From Longimicrobiales bacterium (GTDB taxonomy: Bacteria; Gemmatimonadota; Gemmatimonadetes; Longimicrobiales; Gaopeijiaceae): a DNA stretch of 64,000 nt. The position numbers were made by a program, and so were the translations under genes. The DNA lies in assembly GCA_963664435.2 (NCBI GenBank), contig CAXXKM010000002.1:672001-736000 (forward strand), read 5' to 3'. Under the pieces are notes generated by a model. It saw only the letters and a program-made list of their open reading frames with translations, was not told where the DNA came from and did no database searches. Shown here in pieces: positions 27,039 through 36,831 of the stretch. Numbering within the stretch: position 1 is the stretch's first letter; each line of letters opens with the position of its first letter.

Positions 27039-28823
27039 TCAGCAGAATACGCAGAGATGGTTGTTGATGGCGCCCATGCTATCGAGCAACTCGATCGTGT
27101 CGTAGAAAGGCGTCAGGCCATTCGCGGGACCGTTGGCCAGGTCGATGGTCGTTCGTCCCGACCGTCCCACGATAAGGGGATCGGCGCCGTGCTCGACGAG
27201 ATAGAGGATCACGTCGTTCATGCCGCGCCCCGCCGCGCCGTGGATGGTCCCGTAGCCGAGGTGGTCGCGAAGCGTGACGTCGGCGCCCAGTTCCTCGACC
27301 AGGTACTTCAGCGCGGGCAGCCATCCGTCCGGAACGTGCCGGTGGAAGTTGCCGGCGCGCCCCGCGCCTTCGCCGGAGTTTCCGGACGCCGCGTGAATCG
27401 GGTAGGTGCCGGGACCGCCCGGGGGAATGGGCGGAATTCCGGACTGGTCTTCCTCGGGTGCTTCGATTTCGAGGCCCACGTAGAGGTTTCCGGCCGGCGC
27501 CCTGGTCGGCATGTGAGGATCTGCTCCGTATTCCACCAGGAGCTTCATCGCGGGAACGTCGAGCCCGTGTGCCGCCCGCCAGAAGGGCGTGGCGCCCCAG
27601 GTGTTGACGCCGATCCCGCCGAAGTTGTACGCAAGAAACCAGTAGTCGAGGGTGAGCCGGGCATTGACATCGGCTCCGGCCTCCAGCAGGGCCCTCATCG
27701 TTTCGATGTGGCTCGACTCCTGCTGTTCGAATGCACGCTGCTGCGGATATCGGGACTTGGATGCCCAGCGGGTGTTGATGACCGCGTAGAGCGGCGTGAT
27801 GCCCGACGGATAGTTGGCGGTGTTCGGGTCGGCTCCGCGCTTCAGCAGCTCCAGGCCCAGGTCGTAGTGCCCGTTGATCATGGCGCTGTTGATGGGCGTG
27901 TTCAGGTCGCCGCCGCTGGGCTGATTGATGTCCGCGCCGCCTTCGAGAAGCGTGATGACAGCCTCGCGGTGACCCTCCCGCACCGCGTGCAGAAGGGCGG
28001 TCAGGCCGCCGTGGTAGCCGGCCCGCTCCTGTGAGGTCGGGGCTCTGCCGGCCGCCTGCGCCGAATCCCAGTCGATGCGCACCACCTCCGACGCCTCCAC
28101 CGGCGCTACCGCCTCATGGGCGCGCGTGGCCCGCAACGCTTCCTGGGTCTGGGCCAGGGTGGGTGCCCAGGTGTCCGGATCCGGTGACTTCGCCCTGTAG
28201 ATCTCGAGCACCGAGTCTCGCACCGCGGCCGTGAGCTTCTCCCGGTCCGCGAGATCCTGGAAGAGGACGACCTTGCTGGTGATGCCTGCGTCAGCTCCCC
28301 GGTCGATCAACGCCTCGATCACGGGAACGCGGTTGCGGGAGGCCGCGAACATCAGCGGGGTCTGGCCCCACCTGGCCTCTCGGGCGTTGACATCCGCCCC
28401 GTGATCGGCAATTGCGGCCACGGTTTCCACGCTCCCGGACATCGCCGCGAAGTGGAGAGGGGTGGTCCCGTTGGCGTTGCGCGACTCCGCGTTCGCGCCG
28501 GCTTCCAGCAGGGCGCGCACGGTACTGCTCCGGCCCAGCTCCGCGCCAATATGCAGCGGAGTGAGGTAGCCGATGCGGGTAGGGGCCTCAAGGTCGGCTC
28601 CCGCGTCGACGAGCAGCCTGACCACCTCCAGGTTGCCCAGTTCGGTGGCCCAGTGGAGCGCGGTCATGCCGTCGCTCTGGGCCATGTTCACCTCGGCGCC
28701 TTCTTGCAGCAGTGAACGCACTGCGTCGACGTCGTCGCGCATGGCGGCATCGGCGACGGGCGAGTCCGGCGGTGGCGTCGCCCAGAGGAGGGCGAGCATC
28801 GCCGCCGGCAGCCACACGTTCAC
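27039..28823 (-). CDS. Ankyrin-repeat protein, exported
   Basis: GMTALHWA, LTPLHIGA, GTTPLHFAA, GQTPLMFAA, GLTALLHA; GTG start about 28823 with signal peptide; ends NNHLCVFC. Confidence 0.88.
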   Translation of the reverse strand: MNVWLPAAMLALLWATPPPDSPVADAAMRDDVDAVRSLLQEGAEVNMAQSDGMTALHWATELGNLEVVRLLVDAGADLEAPTRIGYLTPLHIGAELGRSSTVRALLEAGANAESRNANGTTPLHFAAMSGSVETVAAIADHGADVNAREARWGQTPLMFAASRNRVPVIEALIDRGADAGITSKVVLFQDLADREKLTAAVRDSVLEIYRAKSPDPDTWAPTLAQTQEALRATRAHEAVAPVEASEVVRIDWDSAQAAGRAPTSQERAGYHGGLTALLHAVREGHREAVITLLEGGADINQPSGGDLNTPINSAMINGHYDLGLELLKRGADPNTANYPSGITPLYAVINTRWASKSRYPQQRAFEQQESSHIETMRALLEAGADVNARLTLDYWFLAYNFGGIGVNTWGATPFWRAAHGLDVPAMKLLVEYGADPHMPTRAPAGNLYVGLEIEAPEEDQSGIPPIPPGGPGTYPIHAASGNSGEGAGRAGNFHRHVPDGWLPALKYLVEELGADVTLRDHLGYGTIHGAAGRGMNDVILYLVEHGADPLIVGRSGRTTIDLANGPANGLTPFYDTIELLDSMGAINNHLCVFC

Positions 28824-28849
28824 ATGAGCCCTGGCCTTCACCGGACGCC

Positions 28850-30274
28850 TCAGCTCGAGGAAGCGGCGTCGGCGGCCAACCCGCCCGAGTATCCCAGGCT
28901 GAAGGCTCCGGTGCTGTCGCCGAAACTGGTGAGGTCGGTGTGCCCCAGCTTGTGCAGCAGGGTGAGCATGACGTTCGCCAGAGGCGTGCCTTCGGGCGCG
29001 TGCAGGTGCGCGTTGCCGTCCATCTGCCCGTTGGCCCCGCCCAGAACGATGAACGGCACCCTGAGGTGGTTGTGCACGTTCGGATCGCCCATCGGCGAGC
29101 CGTAGATGATCATGCTCTTGTCGAGCAGAGTTCCGTCGACTTCCTCGACCTTGTGCAGCTTCTCCATGAGGTAGGGGAGCATGCTGACGTGATAGTTGTT
29201 GATTACTGCGAAGTCGGCGATCGCCTCTTCGCTGTCCCCGTGGTGGGAAGCCGGGTGGAACGGGGTGTCGACGCCGCTCTCGGGGAAGGTGCGCGCCGAG
29301 GAGTCGCGCGACAGCTTGAAGGAGAACACGCGCGTCATGTCGGTCTGGAAGGCCAGCACCTGCAGGTCGAACATCATCTGCATGTGCTCGGTGAAGGAAT
29401 CCGGCACCCCGGCGGGCGCCTCCGGCATGTCGCGCGGATCGCCGCTGGTGTTGCGTTCCTCGACCATCTGGATGCGCCGCTCGATCTCGCGCACGTTCTC
29501 CAGATACTGGTCCATGCGCTGCCGGTCGCCGGGTCCGAGCGTTTGCCGCATCTGTGCCACCCGCTCCGCGATCCAGTCGAGGATGCTGCGGTTGGTGGAG
29601 CGTCGCGCGAGCCGCTCTTCCGCCGTCGATCCGGCCCCGAACAATTGTTCGAAGGCGACGCGCGGGTCGCGAATCACAGGGAGCGGCTCCGTCGGGGAGG
29701 CCCAGCTCAGCGAGTCCGTGTACACGCACGTATAACCGTACGCGCAGCCGCCGGCCTGGTTGATGTTCTCAATGCACAGCTGCATCGAGGGGATGGGCGT
29801 GTCCTGGCCGAAGCGGTCCGCGTAGATCTGGTCCAGCGAAGCGCCCACGTAGACGTCCGAGCCTTCCGTCTGCTTGACGTGCGCCTGCGTCAGGAAGGTG
29901 GCCGTGGAGCGGAAATGGTCGCCCCCGATCTCCTCGGGGATGAAGGCCTCGGCCATCTTTACGTCGGTGTTGCTGACGATGGTGAGGTACTTGCGCCACG
30001 GCTCCAGGCTGCGGAGGGAGGTGGGCGACAGGTCGAAGTCGCGGCCGATCGTGGAAGGGCTCCAGAAGTTCTGCTTCGCCCCCCACGTGGTGCAGCCGGC
30101 GGCCCCGTGCGACATCTCCATCGCGATCAGGCGCGTGGCGTCCAGCGCCCGAACCGCCTCCGCCCCTCCAAGACCCGCCGGGATCATGGAGTCCAGAAGC
30201 GGCAGGGCCACGGTCGCTCCCATGCCCTTCAGGAAGATGCGGCGCGGAATGTGCTTGCCCGTGATCAGTCTCAT
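28850..30274 (-). CDS. DUF1552 (HXXSHH) family protein with Tat signal
   Basis: RRIFLKG...ALPLLDSM, SLDQIYA, CAYGYTCVY, FHPASHH, GS.MGDPNVHNH. Confidence 0.9.
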   Translation of the reverse strand: MRLITGKHIPRRIFLKGMGATVALPLLDSMIPAGLGGAEAVRALDATRLIAMEMSHGAAGCTTWGAKQNFWSPSTIGRDFDLSPTSLRSLEPWRKYLTIVSNTDVKMAEAFIPEEIGGDHFRSTATFLTQAHVKQTEGSDVYVGASLDQIYADRFGQDTPIPSMQLCIENINQAGGCAYGYTCVYTDSLSWASPTEPLPVIRDPRVAFEQLFGAGSTAEERLARRSTNRSILDWIAERVAQMRQTLGPGDRQRMDQYLENVREIERRIQMVEERNTSGDPRDMPEAPAGVPDSFTEHMQMMFDLQVLAFQTDMTRVFSFKLSRDSSARTFPESGVDTPFHPASHHGDSEEAIADFAVINNYHVSMLPYLMEKLHKVEEVDGTLLDKSMIIYGSPMGDPNVHNHLRVPFIVLGGANGQMDGNAHLHAPEGTPLANVMLTLLHKLGHTDLTSFGDSTGAFSLGYSGGLAADAASSS

Positions 30275-30403
30275 CGTCTTTCTCCCTCGGTACTGCGATG
30301 TGAGCTTCGCGTTCGGCGAAGCGACTCTGCTTGCTGTATCCGTCTCGCGCGATCCGGTGGTTGGGGCCTCTTGAGGGCTCGTTTCCCGGGATCGCGATCG
30401 CGG

Positions 30404-32854
30404 CTATCTGCTCTGCGCCTCCTCGACGACGACATCCGGCACCTGGCTGTAGCGAAAGGCGTCGCTCTCGATGACGCCCGTCAGGAAAGAGGACATCCGG
30501 TAGTCGTTGGCTTCGGCGGCCGCTACGATCGACCGGATCTCGGGCATGTCGTAGTACTCGACCCGCCGGCCGAGCGCGTAGGCCATCAGGTTCACCGTGA
30601 AGTTGCGAATCAGAGGAATGGGGCGCTTGAGGAGCGCTTCCTGGAGCGCAGCCGGGCTCTCCACCGGGGTGCCGTCCCAGAGAGTGCCCCGCGTGTCCAG
30701 CGGCATGCTGTTCTCGCGGATGCGCCACTTGCCGGTCACGTCGTAGTTGTCCAGCGCGAGGCCGATCGGGTCCATGAACTGGTGGCAGGCGGCGCACACC
30801 GGGCTGGCCCGGTGACGCTCCATGCGCTCGCGCGTAGTCAGCATGCGGCCGCCATCGCTGCTCTCGGTCTGATCGAGATCCGGAACGCCGGGCGGCGGTG
30901 GCGGCGGCGGCGTGCCCAGCATCACCTCCATCACCCACTTGCCGCGCAGCACCGGGGAAGTGCGGTTGGCGTGGGAGGTGAGGGTGAGGATGCTTCCGTG
31001 TCCGAACAGGCCGCGGCGCTTGTCGTCGGGGTACTGGACCCGCTGGAAGGCCTCGCCCGCGACGCCGGGAATGCCGTAGTGTCGGGCGAGCCTCTCGTTG
31101 ACGAACGTGTAGTCCGCCGTGAAGAGCTCGATGACGCTGCGGTCCTCCTGGACGATGTTGTTGAAGAAGAGTTCGGTCTCGGCGAGCATCGCATTGCCGA
31201 GCTGTTCATGATAATCGGGGAACAGCAGGCGGTCGGGGTTGACCTTCTCCAGGTCCTCGAGCCGCAGCCACTGGGCGGCGAAGCGCGAGCCGAGCGCCTG
31301 CGCGCGCGGATCGGCGAGCATGCGCCCCAGCTGTGCACGCAACGTGGCCGGATCGGAGAGCTGGCCCCGGTCGGCCAGTTCAACCAGGGTCTCGTCGGGC
31401 AGGGTCCCCCACAGGAAGTAGGAGAGCCGCGAAGCCAGATCGAGATCGGCGATGGGATACAGGTCGCCCGCCCTTGCCCCGGCTGGCGTTTCCTCGACCC
31501 GGAACACGAAGTCGGGGCTGGCCAGAATCGCCTGGAGCGCCGTGCGAACGCCGTCCTCGAACCCCTCTTCGGCCTTCAGGTCGTAGAAGGCCATCAGCGA
31601 CTCGACCTTGGAGGTATCCAGCGGACGCCGGAACGCTTTGCCGCCGAGGCGCTCCACGATTGCGCGGGCGCAGGGGCGTGCTTCGGCCGGAGACGACGGC
31701 ATGCAGCTGAAGATGGCGCGGCGGCTGGGCGTGTCCGAGATCCCGGTCGGGTTCTCGGGGCCCAGAATGACCAGGTCCTTGAGATGCGCCAGCACGGTGA
31801 TGCCGTAGCCGCTCCCGCTCCCGATTTTCCGGTCGCTGAGCGACCAGTCGTGGGGCGAGAGGATGTCCTCGACCGGTCCGTCCGTCTGTCGAATGAAGAC
31901 GGCGCTCACCCGATGCGGTCCCGCGGTCACATGGAAGGGCTCGGTCGTGAAGCTCATGCCGTTGGGATCGGCGACGTGCATCCAGCGATCCACCTCGAGC
32001 AGGGCGAGAGGCTCGCCGTCGAGGGAGACCTCGATCTGCTCGCCGGGGGTGACGCCGCCGGTGATCTCGCCGGTCGTGGTGTGCTCGAACCAGAGCTGGA
32101 AGTTGTATTCGCCGTCGGCCGGGAAGTTGTGCACCACGCTCACGCCCCCGCGGGTGCCGCGGGGCGCGCCGGGCACCCTGTCCCACTGCGAGGCATAGCC
32201 CGAGTTGGTGTAGGTCACCGAGTTGCTGGGGGCGTCGGGTATACCCACCGCAAGCCGGCTGATCTCGTCGGCGGCGCGCAGGTAGGCGTCCAGGTTGGTC
32301 GGGGAGAGCATCTGAACGTCGGCGATGTTGTCGAAGTTCGCGCTCTTGGTGTCGAGCGGCAGATAGTCGCCGCCATCGATTTCGAGGTCGAGCAGGTCGC
32401 GGATGGATGCCGCGTATTCGGCCCGGTTCAGCCGCTGGAAGGAACGGTTGCCCGGCATCGGGTTGCCCGCGGCGGCATCGTCGATGAGCTGTTCGAGAGT
32501 CTCGACCAGCATGACCAGGGTGTCGCCCGCGGGCCTCGGCATTCCTGGCGGAGGCATCATGCCCGCGCGCAGCTTGCGGATCATCTTCTCTGCCGTCTCG
32601 GCAGACTCCGGGGCGTTTTCGACGTGGAAGGCGGCGAGGCTGAGATTGCCCGTCAGGAGCGCGTCGTTGTGGCACACCTGGCAGTACATGCGCACGACGC
32701 CCGTCAGGTCTTCGGGGGAGATGTCGCGGGAGGCTTCCGCTGCTGAGGAGAGAGCGACGAGTTCGGGGTTCCGGTCGGGGATCGACCCGGACTGATGCCC
32801 GACTGCCGCGGTCAGGCCTGCGAGCGCCATCGCGCTGGCGAAGTGGAGTCTCAT
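30404..32854 (-). CDS. DUF1592/PSD-domain c-type cytochrome protein
   Basis: CQVCH and CAACH heme-binding motifs, RLNRAEY, LASRLSYFLW..LPD, RTSPVLRGKWV, DPIGLALDNYD; ATG 32854. Confidence 0.9.
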   Translation of the reverse strand: MRLHFASAMALAGLTAAVGHQSGSIPDRNPELVALSSAAEASRDISPEDLTGVVRMYCQVCHNDALLTGNLSLAAFHVENAPESAETAEKMIRKLRAGMMPPPGMPRPAGDTLVMLVETLEQLIDDAAAGNPMPGNRSFQRLNRAEYAASIRDLLDLEIDGGDYLPLDTKSANFDNIADVQMLSPTNLDAYLRAADEISRLAVGIPDAPSNSVTYTNSGYASQWDRVPGAPRGTRGGVSVVHNFPADGEYNFQLWFEHTTTGEITGGVTPGEQIEVSLDGEPLALLEVDRWMHVADPNGMSFTTEPFHVTAGPHRVSAVFIRQTDGPVEDILSPHDWSLSDRKIGSGSGYGITVLAHLKDLVILGPENPTGISDTPSRRAIFSCMPSSPAEARPCARAIVERLGGKAFRRPLDTSKVESLMAFYDLKAEEGFEDGVRTALQAILASPDFVFRVEETPAGARAGDLYPIADLDLASRLSYFLWGTLPDETLVELADRGQLSDPATLRAQLGRMLADPRAQALGSRFAAQWLRLEDLEKVNPDRLLFPDYHEQLGNAMLAETELFFNNIVQEDRSVIELFTADYTFVNERLARHYGIPGVAGEAFQRVQYPDDKRRGLFGHGSILTLTSHANRTSPVLRGKWVMEVMLGTPPPPPPPGVPDLDQTESSDGGRMLTTRERMERHRASPVCAACHQFMDPIGLALDNYDVTGKWRIRENSMPLDTRGTLWDGTPVESPAALQEALLKRPIPLIRNFTVNLMAYALGRRVEYYDMPEIRSIVAAAEANDYRMSSFLTGVIESDAFRYSQVPDVVVEEAQSR

Positions 32855-33168
32855 GGCGTCTGCCCTTCCGGATGTGCGTCGCGGTGACTCGGACCTGAGT
32901 CCCTGGCTGGCCGGAAGATCCGGCGCCGGCCCGCCAAGGGCGGAAACCTGGCACCAGGAGACGGCTAGCCAGCATACACTGTACTGCCTGCGGACACGGT
33001 TCCGCAATATTCGCGCAAGAGAGAATCTACGCGTGTACGCGCACGTGGGAGCATCTCGCACGGATGAGGGCCGTGTGCTAACGTGGCGGTACGCCCCTCC
33101 GGCACCAGGGGCGGCCGGGCCCGACCGGACGTGGCCCGGCATGCCTTCCGAGTACAAGGAGCATCAAG

Positions 33169-34071
33169 ATGAAAGCATGGTCCGCTCTATCCGTTCTCAT
33201 CCTAGCGGCGGTCGGGTTTCTCGTCATGCGTCCCGGCCAGGACCCGGACTCGCAGGCACCCACCGCGATGCAGGCGCCGACGCCCGAGGAGCGGGAGGCC
33301 GCCTTCCAGGCCGAGATCCGCATGGAAAACCCGATCGCTCCGCTGAACTCGGTCTGGATCGAGGAGCTGACCTGGATCGAGGTCCGGGACGCGATGGCCG
33401 CCGGCAAGACCACTGCCATCATTCCCACGGGCGGCATCGAGCAGAACGGTCCCTACGTCGCCCTCGGGAAGCACAACTACGTGCTCGAGGGGGCCTGCGA
33501 CGCCATTGCGCGTGAGTTGGGCAACGCCCTCTGCACGCCCATCATCAAGCTGGTGCCCGAGGGCGGATTCGAGCCCAGGACCGGGCACATGCGCTATCCC
33601 GGAACCCTTACCGTGCGCGACGAGACCTTCCGGATGATGCTGGAAGACGTGGGGCACAGCCTGCATGTGCACGGCTTCGAGCACATCATCTACATCGGCG
33701 ACAGCGGCGGGAACCAGGCCGGCATGGCTGCCGCGGCAGCCGCCCTCAACGAGCGCTGGGGCGAGACCAAGGCGCACCACATCGCGGGCTACTACGACAA
33801 CGCCGGCGTCGTGGCGCGCATGAGCGAGCTGGGGGTGGAGGAAGGCCCCAGCGACGGCTACCACGACACGTACTGGCTGACCTCCATGCAGATGACGGTC
33901 GATCCCTCGTCGGTGCGCTACGACGAGCGCGTCGCCGCCGGGAAGGCCACCATCAACGGCGTCTCGATCGCTCCCATGGAGGAGACCATCGCGCTCGGCG
34001 AGCAGCTGATGGAGTGGCGCAACAACAAGACGGTGGAGCTGATCCGGGAAGCGATCGCGGGAAGCTCTTAG
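33169..34071 (+). CDS. Creatininase-family protein, exported or anchored, non-canonical active site
   Basis: EELTWIEV, IPTGGIEQNGP, YPGTLTV, IGDSGGN. Confidence 0.85.
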   Translation: MKAWSALSVLILAAVGFLVMRPGQDPDSQAPTAMQAPTPEEREAAFQAEIRMENPIAPLNSVWIEELTWIEVRDAMAAGKTTAIIPTGGIEQNGPYVALGKHNYVLEGACDAIARELGNALCTPIIKLVPEGGFEPRTGHMRYPGTLTVRDETFRMMLEDVGHSLHVHGFEHIIYIGDSGGNQAGMAAAAAALNERWGETKAHHIAGYYDNAGVVARMSELGVEEGPSDGYHDTYWLTSMQMTVDPSSVRYDERVAAGKATINGVSIAPMEETIALGEQLMEWRNNKTVELIREAIAGSS

Positions 34072-34092
34072 CTTAGTTCATCCGACTAAGTC
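34072..34092. repeat. AT-rich palindrome, copy A (minus strand GACTTAGTC-GGAT-GAACTAAG)
   Basis: Between convergent genes; 17/21 identical to 59752-59772. Confidence 0.6.
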
Positions 34093-34117
34093 AGGAACTC
34101 CTGGCGCACGCCGCGGG

Positions 34118-36016
34118 TCAGAACGCGAACCCTCCCCTCTGGAAGGCAGGGTTTCCGTCCACCAGCGTGAGCAGGACCCGGTCGCCCATCTCCAGGATCC
34201 GGTCCGGCTCGCGCTCCAGCTCCCACAGGTCCTCGAGGTCGAGCACCACCAGGTCGGCGACCTTGCCGGGCTCCAAGCTGCCGGTCCAGTCATCCGAGTA
34301 GGTCAGGTAGGCGTTGTCGATGGTCATCCCGCGTAGCGCCTCCTCGAGCGTGATGATCTGCTCCGGTCCATGCTGGTCTCCCCAGAGATCCGTGCGCGTG
34401 AGCATGGCGTAGAGTCCGATCCAGGGACTGTACGGCGAGGTGCCGTAGTCGGAGCCCACCGCGATGCGCACCCCGGAGTCCAGGTAGCTGCGCATCGGCT
34501 TCAGGCGGGCCATGCGCCCGGGGCTCAGGTTGGCGGAGAAGGAGCGGCCCTGGTGGTAGATGAACGACGGGTTGACGGCTGCGATGATGCCGTAGTCGGC
34601 CATCTTCTCGAGGACGCTGGTCTCCTCTTCCATGGGCAGGTAGGCGTGGATGACGCTCCAGCGCAGATCGGCGTCCGGGTCCTCGGCCCGGATGGAGTCC
34701 ATCAGCTTCGCGAAGATGTCGACCGTCTGCTTCATGCCCAGATCGCCGGTCGAGTGGATGTGCGGTTCCCAGCCGCGGTCGACGGTCGGGCGCAGCTGCG
34801 CCTCGCGCACATCGTCCTCCACCCAGTGGTAGCCGTGGTTGGGCTCGCCCTCGATGCTCTCCCAGTCCACGAAGGGCACGGACACCCATGAACTGCGTGT
34901 GCCGGCCCCGCCGTCGATCTGCCACTTGGTGCCGCGCCAGCGCAGGAAGCGGTCGCCCAGGTTGTTGAAGGGGAGGGCGGCGAAGTGGGCGTCGATCTCC
35001 TCCGGGGACTGGGTGTTCCACATGCCCTCGTATACCTGCAGGATGCGGAAGTGCAGCAGGCCGCGGTCGCGGGCGTCCTGGTAGGGGCGCATCACCCGGC
35101 CGCCTCCACCGGGGTCCACGATGGCGGTCACGCCCAGGCTGGTCATCTCGCGGCTGCCGTAGTCGATGGCGCGCAGCTGGGCCTCGTAGTCGCGCTGGGG
35201 CGGGTTCACCGTCACCAGCCGCGTCGCGTTCCCGAGGAACATCCCGGTGGGCACTTCCACCTCGCGGGTCTGCCCGTCCACCGTCAGCGTGCGCATCTCG
35301 CGGAAGACCCTGTCCTCGTAGTTGAACCAGTCCAGGTCCTGGAGCCACCAGTCGGGCCAGGTGGAGGAGTCGGAGTCGTCGATGCCCATCAGGCGGAAGG
35401 CGGCCGTGTTGACCGCGACGCCGCGATAAACCCGGCCCAGCCGGAGCGGATTGTCGGGCGTGTGCTCGTCGAGTTGCCAGCGGGTGAAGGGCCTCTCGTA
35501 CTTGTGCTCGTCCCATCCGCGGCTCGTGACCCACTCGCCGGGCTCGGGGTCGAGGCGCTCCATCAGGTCGGCGATCAGCTGCACGATCTCTTCGGTGCTC
35601 ATGGCGTAGCGGAGGTCGTTCTCGAATTCCGCCTCGATCCCCAATTGTGAGAAATGGAGGTGGGAGTCGATCAGGCCGGGCAGGACGACGCGTCCCCCCA
35701 GGTCGGTCACGCGCGTGTCCGGGCCGGCAAGGGCGAGAACCTCCTCGTCGGTGCCGACCCGCATGATCTCGGACCCGCCTGGACTCCGGCGCCAGGCGAT
35801 GGCCTGGGCGACCGAGAAGTCGTCGTCGACGGCGGCGACCTGTCCGTTGTGCAGGATGCGGTCGGGCGTCGCCGCGCCCGTGGACGCACCCTGCCCGCAC
35901 GCGGCCGCCCCGAGCAGCAGGACGCTGGCGAGGAGCGCGGCAAGAGGGCTGCCCCGGTCGAGGGGGAGGCGGATGTCCGGGCGCCCGGGCGAGCGGTCGG
36001 GTCTGGATGCGTGCAT
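34118..36016 (-). CDS. Amidohydrolase 3 (YtcJ-like) lipoprotein
   Basis: PGLIDSHLH, KWQIDG, HIHSTGD, HAY, GSD, GSLEPGKVADLVVLD; GAAAC lipobox-like. Confidence 0.88.
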   Translation of the reverse strand: MHASRPDRSPGRPDIRLPLDRGSPLAALLASVLLLGAAACGQGASTGAATPDRILHNGQVAAVDDDFSVAQAIAWRRSPGGSEIMRVGTDEEVLALAGPDTRVTDLGGRVVLPGLIDSHLHFSQLGIEAEFENDLRYAMSTEEIVQLIADLMERLDPEPGEWVTSRGWDEHKYERPFTRWQLDEHTPDNPLRLGRVYRGVAVNTAAFRLMGIDDSDSSTWPDWWLQDLDWFNYEDRVFREMRTLTVDGQTREVEVPTGMFLGNATRLVTVNPPQRDYEAQLRAIDYGSREMTSLGVTAIVDPGGGGRVMRPYQDARDRGLLHFRILQVYEGMWNTQSPEEIDAHFAALPFNNLGDRFLRWRGTKWQIDGGAGTRSSWVSVPFVDWESIEGEPNHGYHWVEDDVREAQLRPTVDRGWEPHIHSTGDLGMKQTVDIFAKLMDSIRAEDPDADLRWSVIHAYLPMEEETSVLEKMADYGIIAAVNPSFIYHQGRSFSANLSPGRMARLKPMRSYLDSGVRIAVGSDYGTSPYSPWIGLYAMLTRTDLWGDQHGPEQIITLEEALRGMTIDNAYLTYSDDWTGSLEPGKVADLVVLDLEDLWELEREPDRILEMGDRVLLTLVDGNPAFQRGGFAF

Positions 36017-36208
36017 CTGTCAATCCGGGGTTCGGGGTCGGCGTGGGGGTTGTCCCGTCATTGTAGCGCGCGAACGCGCGTTCCGCCCGACTCCCGCGGC
36101 GTCCATCCGCTGCCGACCCGGTCGGGCAGAAGAAGCCCCGGCCCATCCCTGCCGGGCAGCAGGAGACCGGGATCCGAGGCGAAGGTGAACCCCGTGTCGG
36201 GAGCAATA

Positions 36209-36247
36209 GCGAACCCTCCCCGGAGATTGCTCCCGGGGAGGGTTCGC
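36209..36247. terminator. 15-bp GC hairpin downstream of the TonB/lipoprotein operon
   Basis: GCGAACCCTCCCCGG-N9-CCGGGGAGGGTTCGC; no strong U-tract. Confidence 0.55.
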
Positions 36248-36274
36248 AGTACTGCCTGGACTGGCTGAGTCCTG

Positions 36275-36754
36275 CTAGCCGTCGTCGTGCTCGTGTACGT
36301 GAATGTGGAGTGGTTCGGTCACGAAGTCCGCGTGTCCGGACCCGACCGCGCCGTGCATCAGGCTGAAGGTGATCTCGGTGTCGCCTTCCGCCTGTCCGTG
36401 CAGGTGTCCGCCGAACTCCCCAGGGGTGTCCTGCTCGAATTCGGCGATGGCTTCGTCCTCGACTTCCGCTTGGAGGTAGTAGTCGTCATCAAGTACCACC
36501 GCCGCTCCGTTGTGGTCCAGGAAGCGTACGCTGATGTGGGCGGTCTCCTCGCCCGGCTCGACCTCCAGCTCTCCGGTCCACTCACCGTCGTGTCCATCGT
36601 AGGACGCGATGGTCTGGCCGCTCAGCACCAGCGCCACGCCCTCGACTTCCTCTGCATGGTCTTCTTCGGGTTCGGTCGCACTCTCGCATGCCGAGAGAGC
36701 CAGGATGCCTGCGGTCAGCAGGGCGAACGGTAGTCTCAGTCTCGAATGTCTCAT
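36275..36754 (-). CDS. His-rich lipoprotein, putative metal-binding partner of the TonB receptor
   Basis: LSAC lipobox; GHLHG, MHG...GHADF, HIHVHEH. Confidence 0.8.
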   Translation of the reverse strand: MRHSRLRLPFALLTAGILALSACESATEPEEDHAEEVEGVALVLSGQTIASYDGHDGEWTGELEVEPGEETAHISVRFLDHNGAAVVLDDDYYLQAEVEDEAIAEFEQDTPGEFGGHLHGQAEGDTEITFSLMHGAVGSGHADFVTEPLHIHVHEHDDG

Positions 36755-36831
36755 CTTTCATTTTACCTCGTTGATGTTGTTCCCTGGCCGTCCCTGTCGC
36801 GAAGCGTCTCCGCAACTGCCGGGACCTCGCT

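Noticed and set aside
28824..29729. N-terminal extension of the ankyrin ORF (896-aa call)
   Set aside because: Overlaps the DUF1552 gene; a signal peptide begins at about 28823.
28712..32746. 1344-aa plus-strand ORF and other long antisense ORFs (1070-3118, 41788-44373, 46318-49311, 55946-58519, 59959-62037)
   Set aside because: Shadow frames opposite well-supported genes; stop-poor because of high GC, and no recognisable motifs.
34125..36221. 13-bp direct repeat GCGAACCCTCCCC flanking the amidohydrolase (34125-34137 and 36209-36221)
   Set aside because: Matches of this length are expected by chance in 64 kb of GC-rich DNA; one copy is coding sequence.
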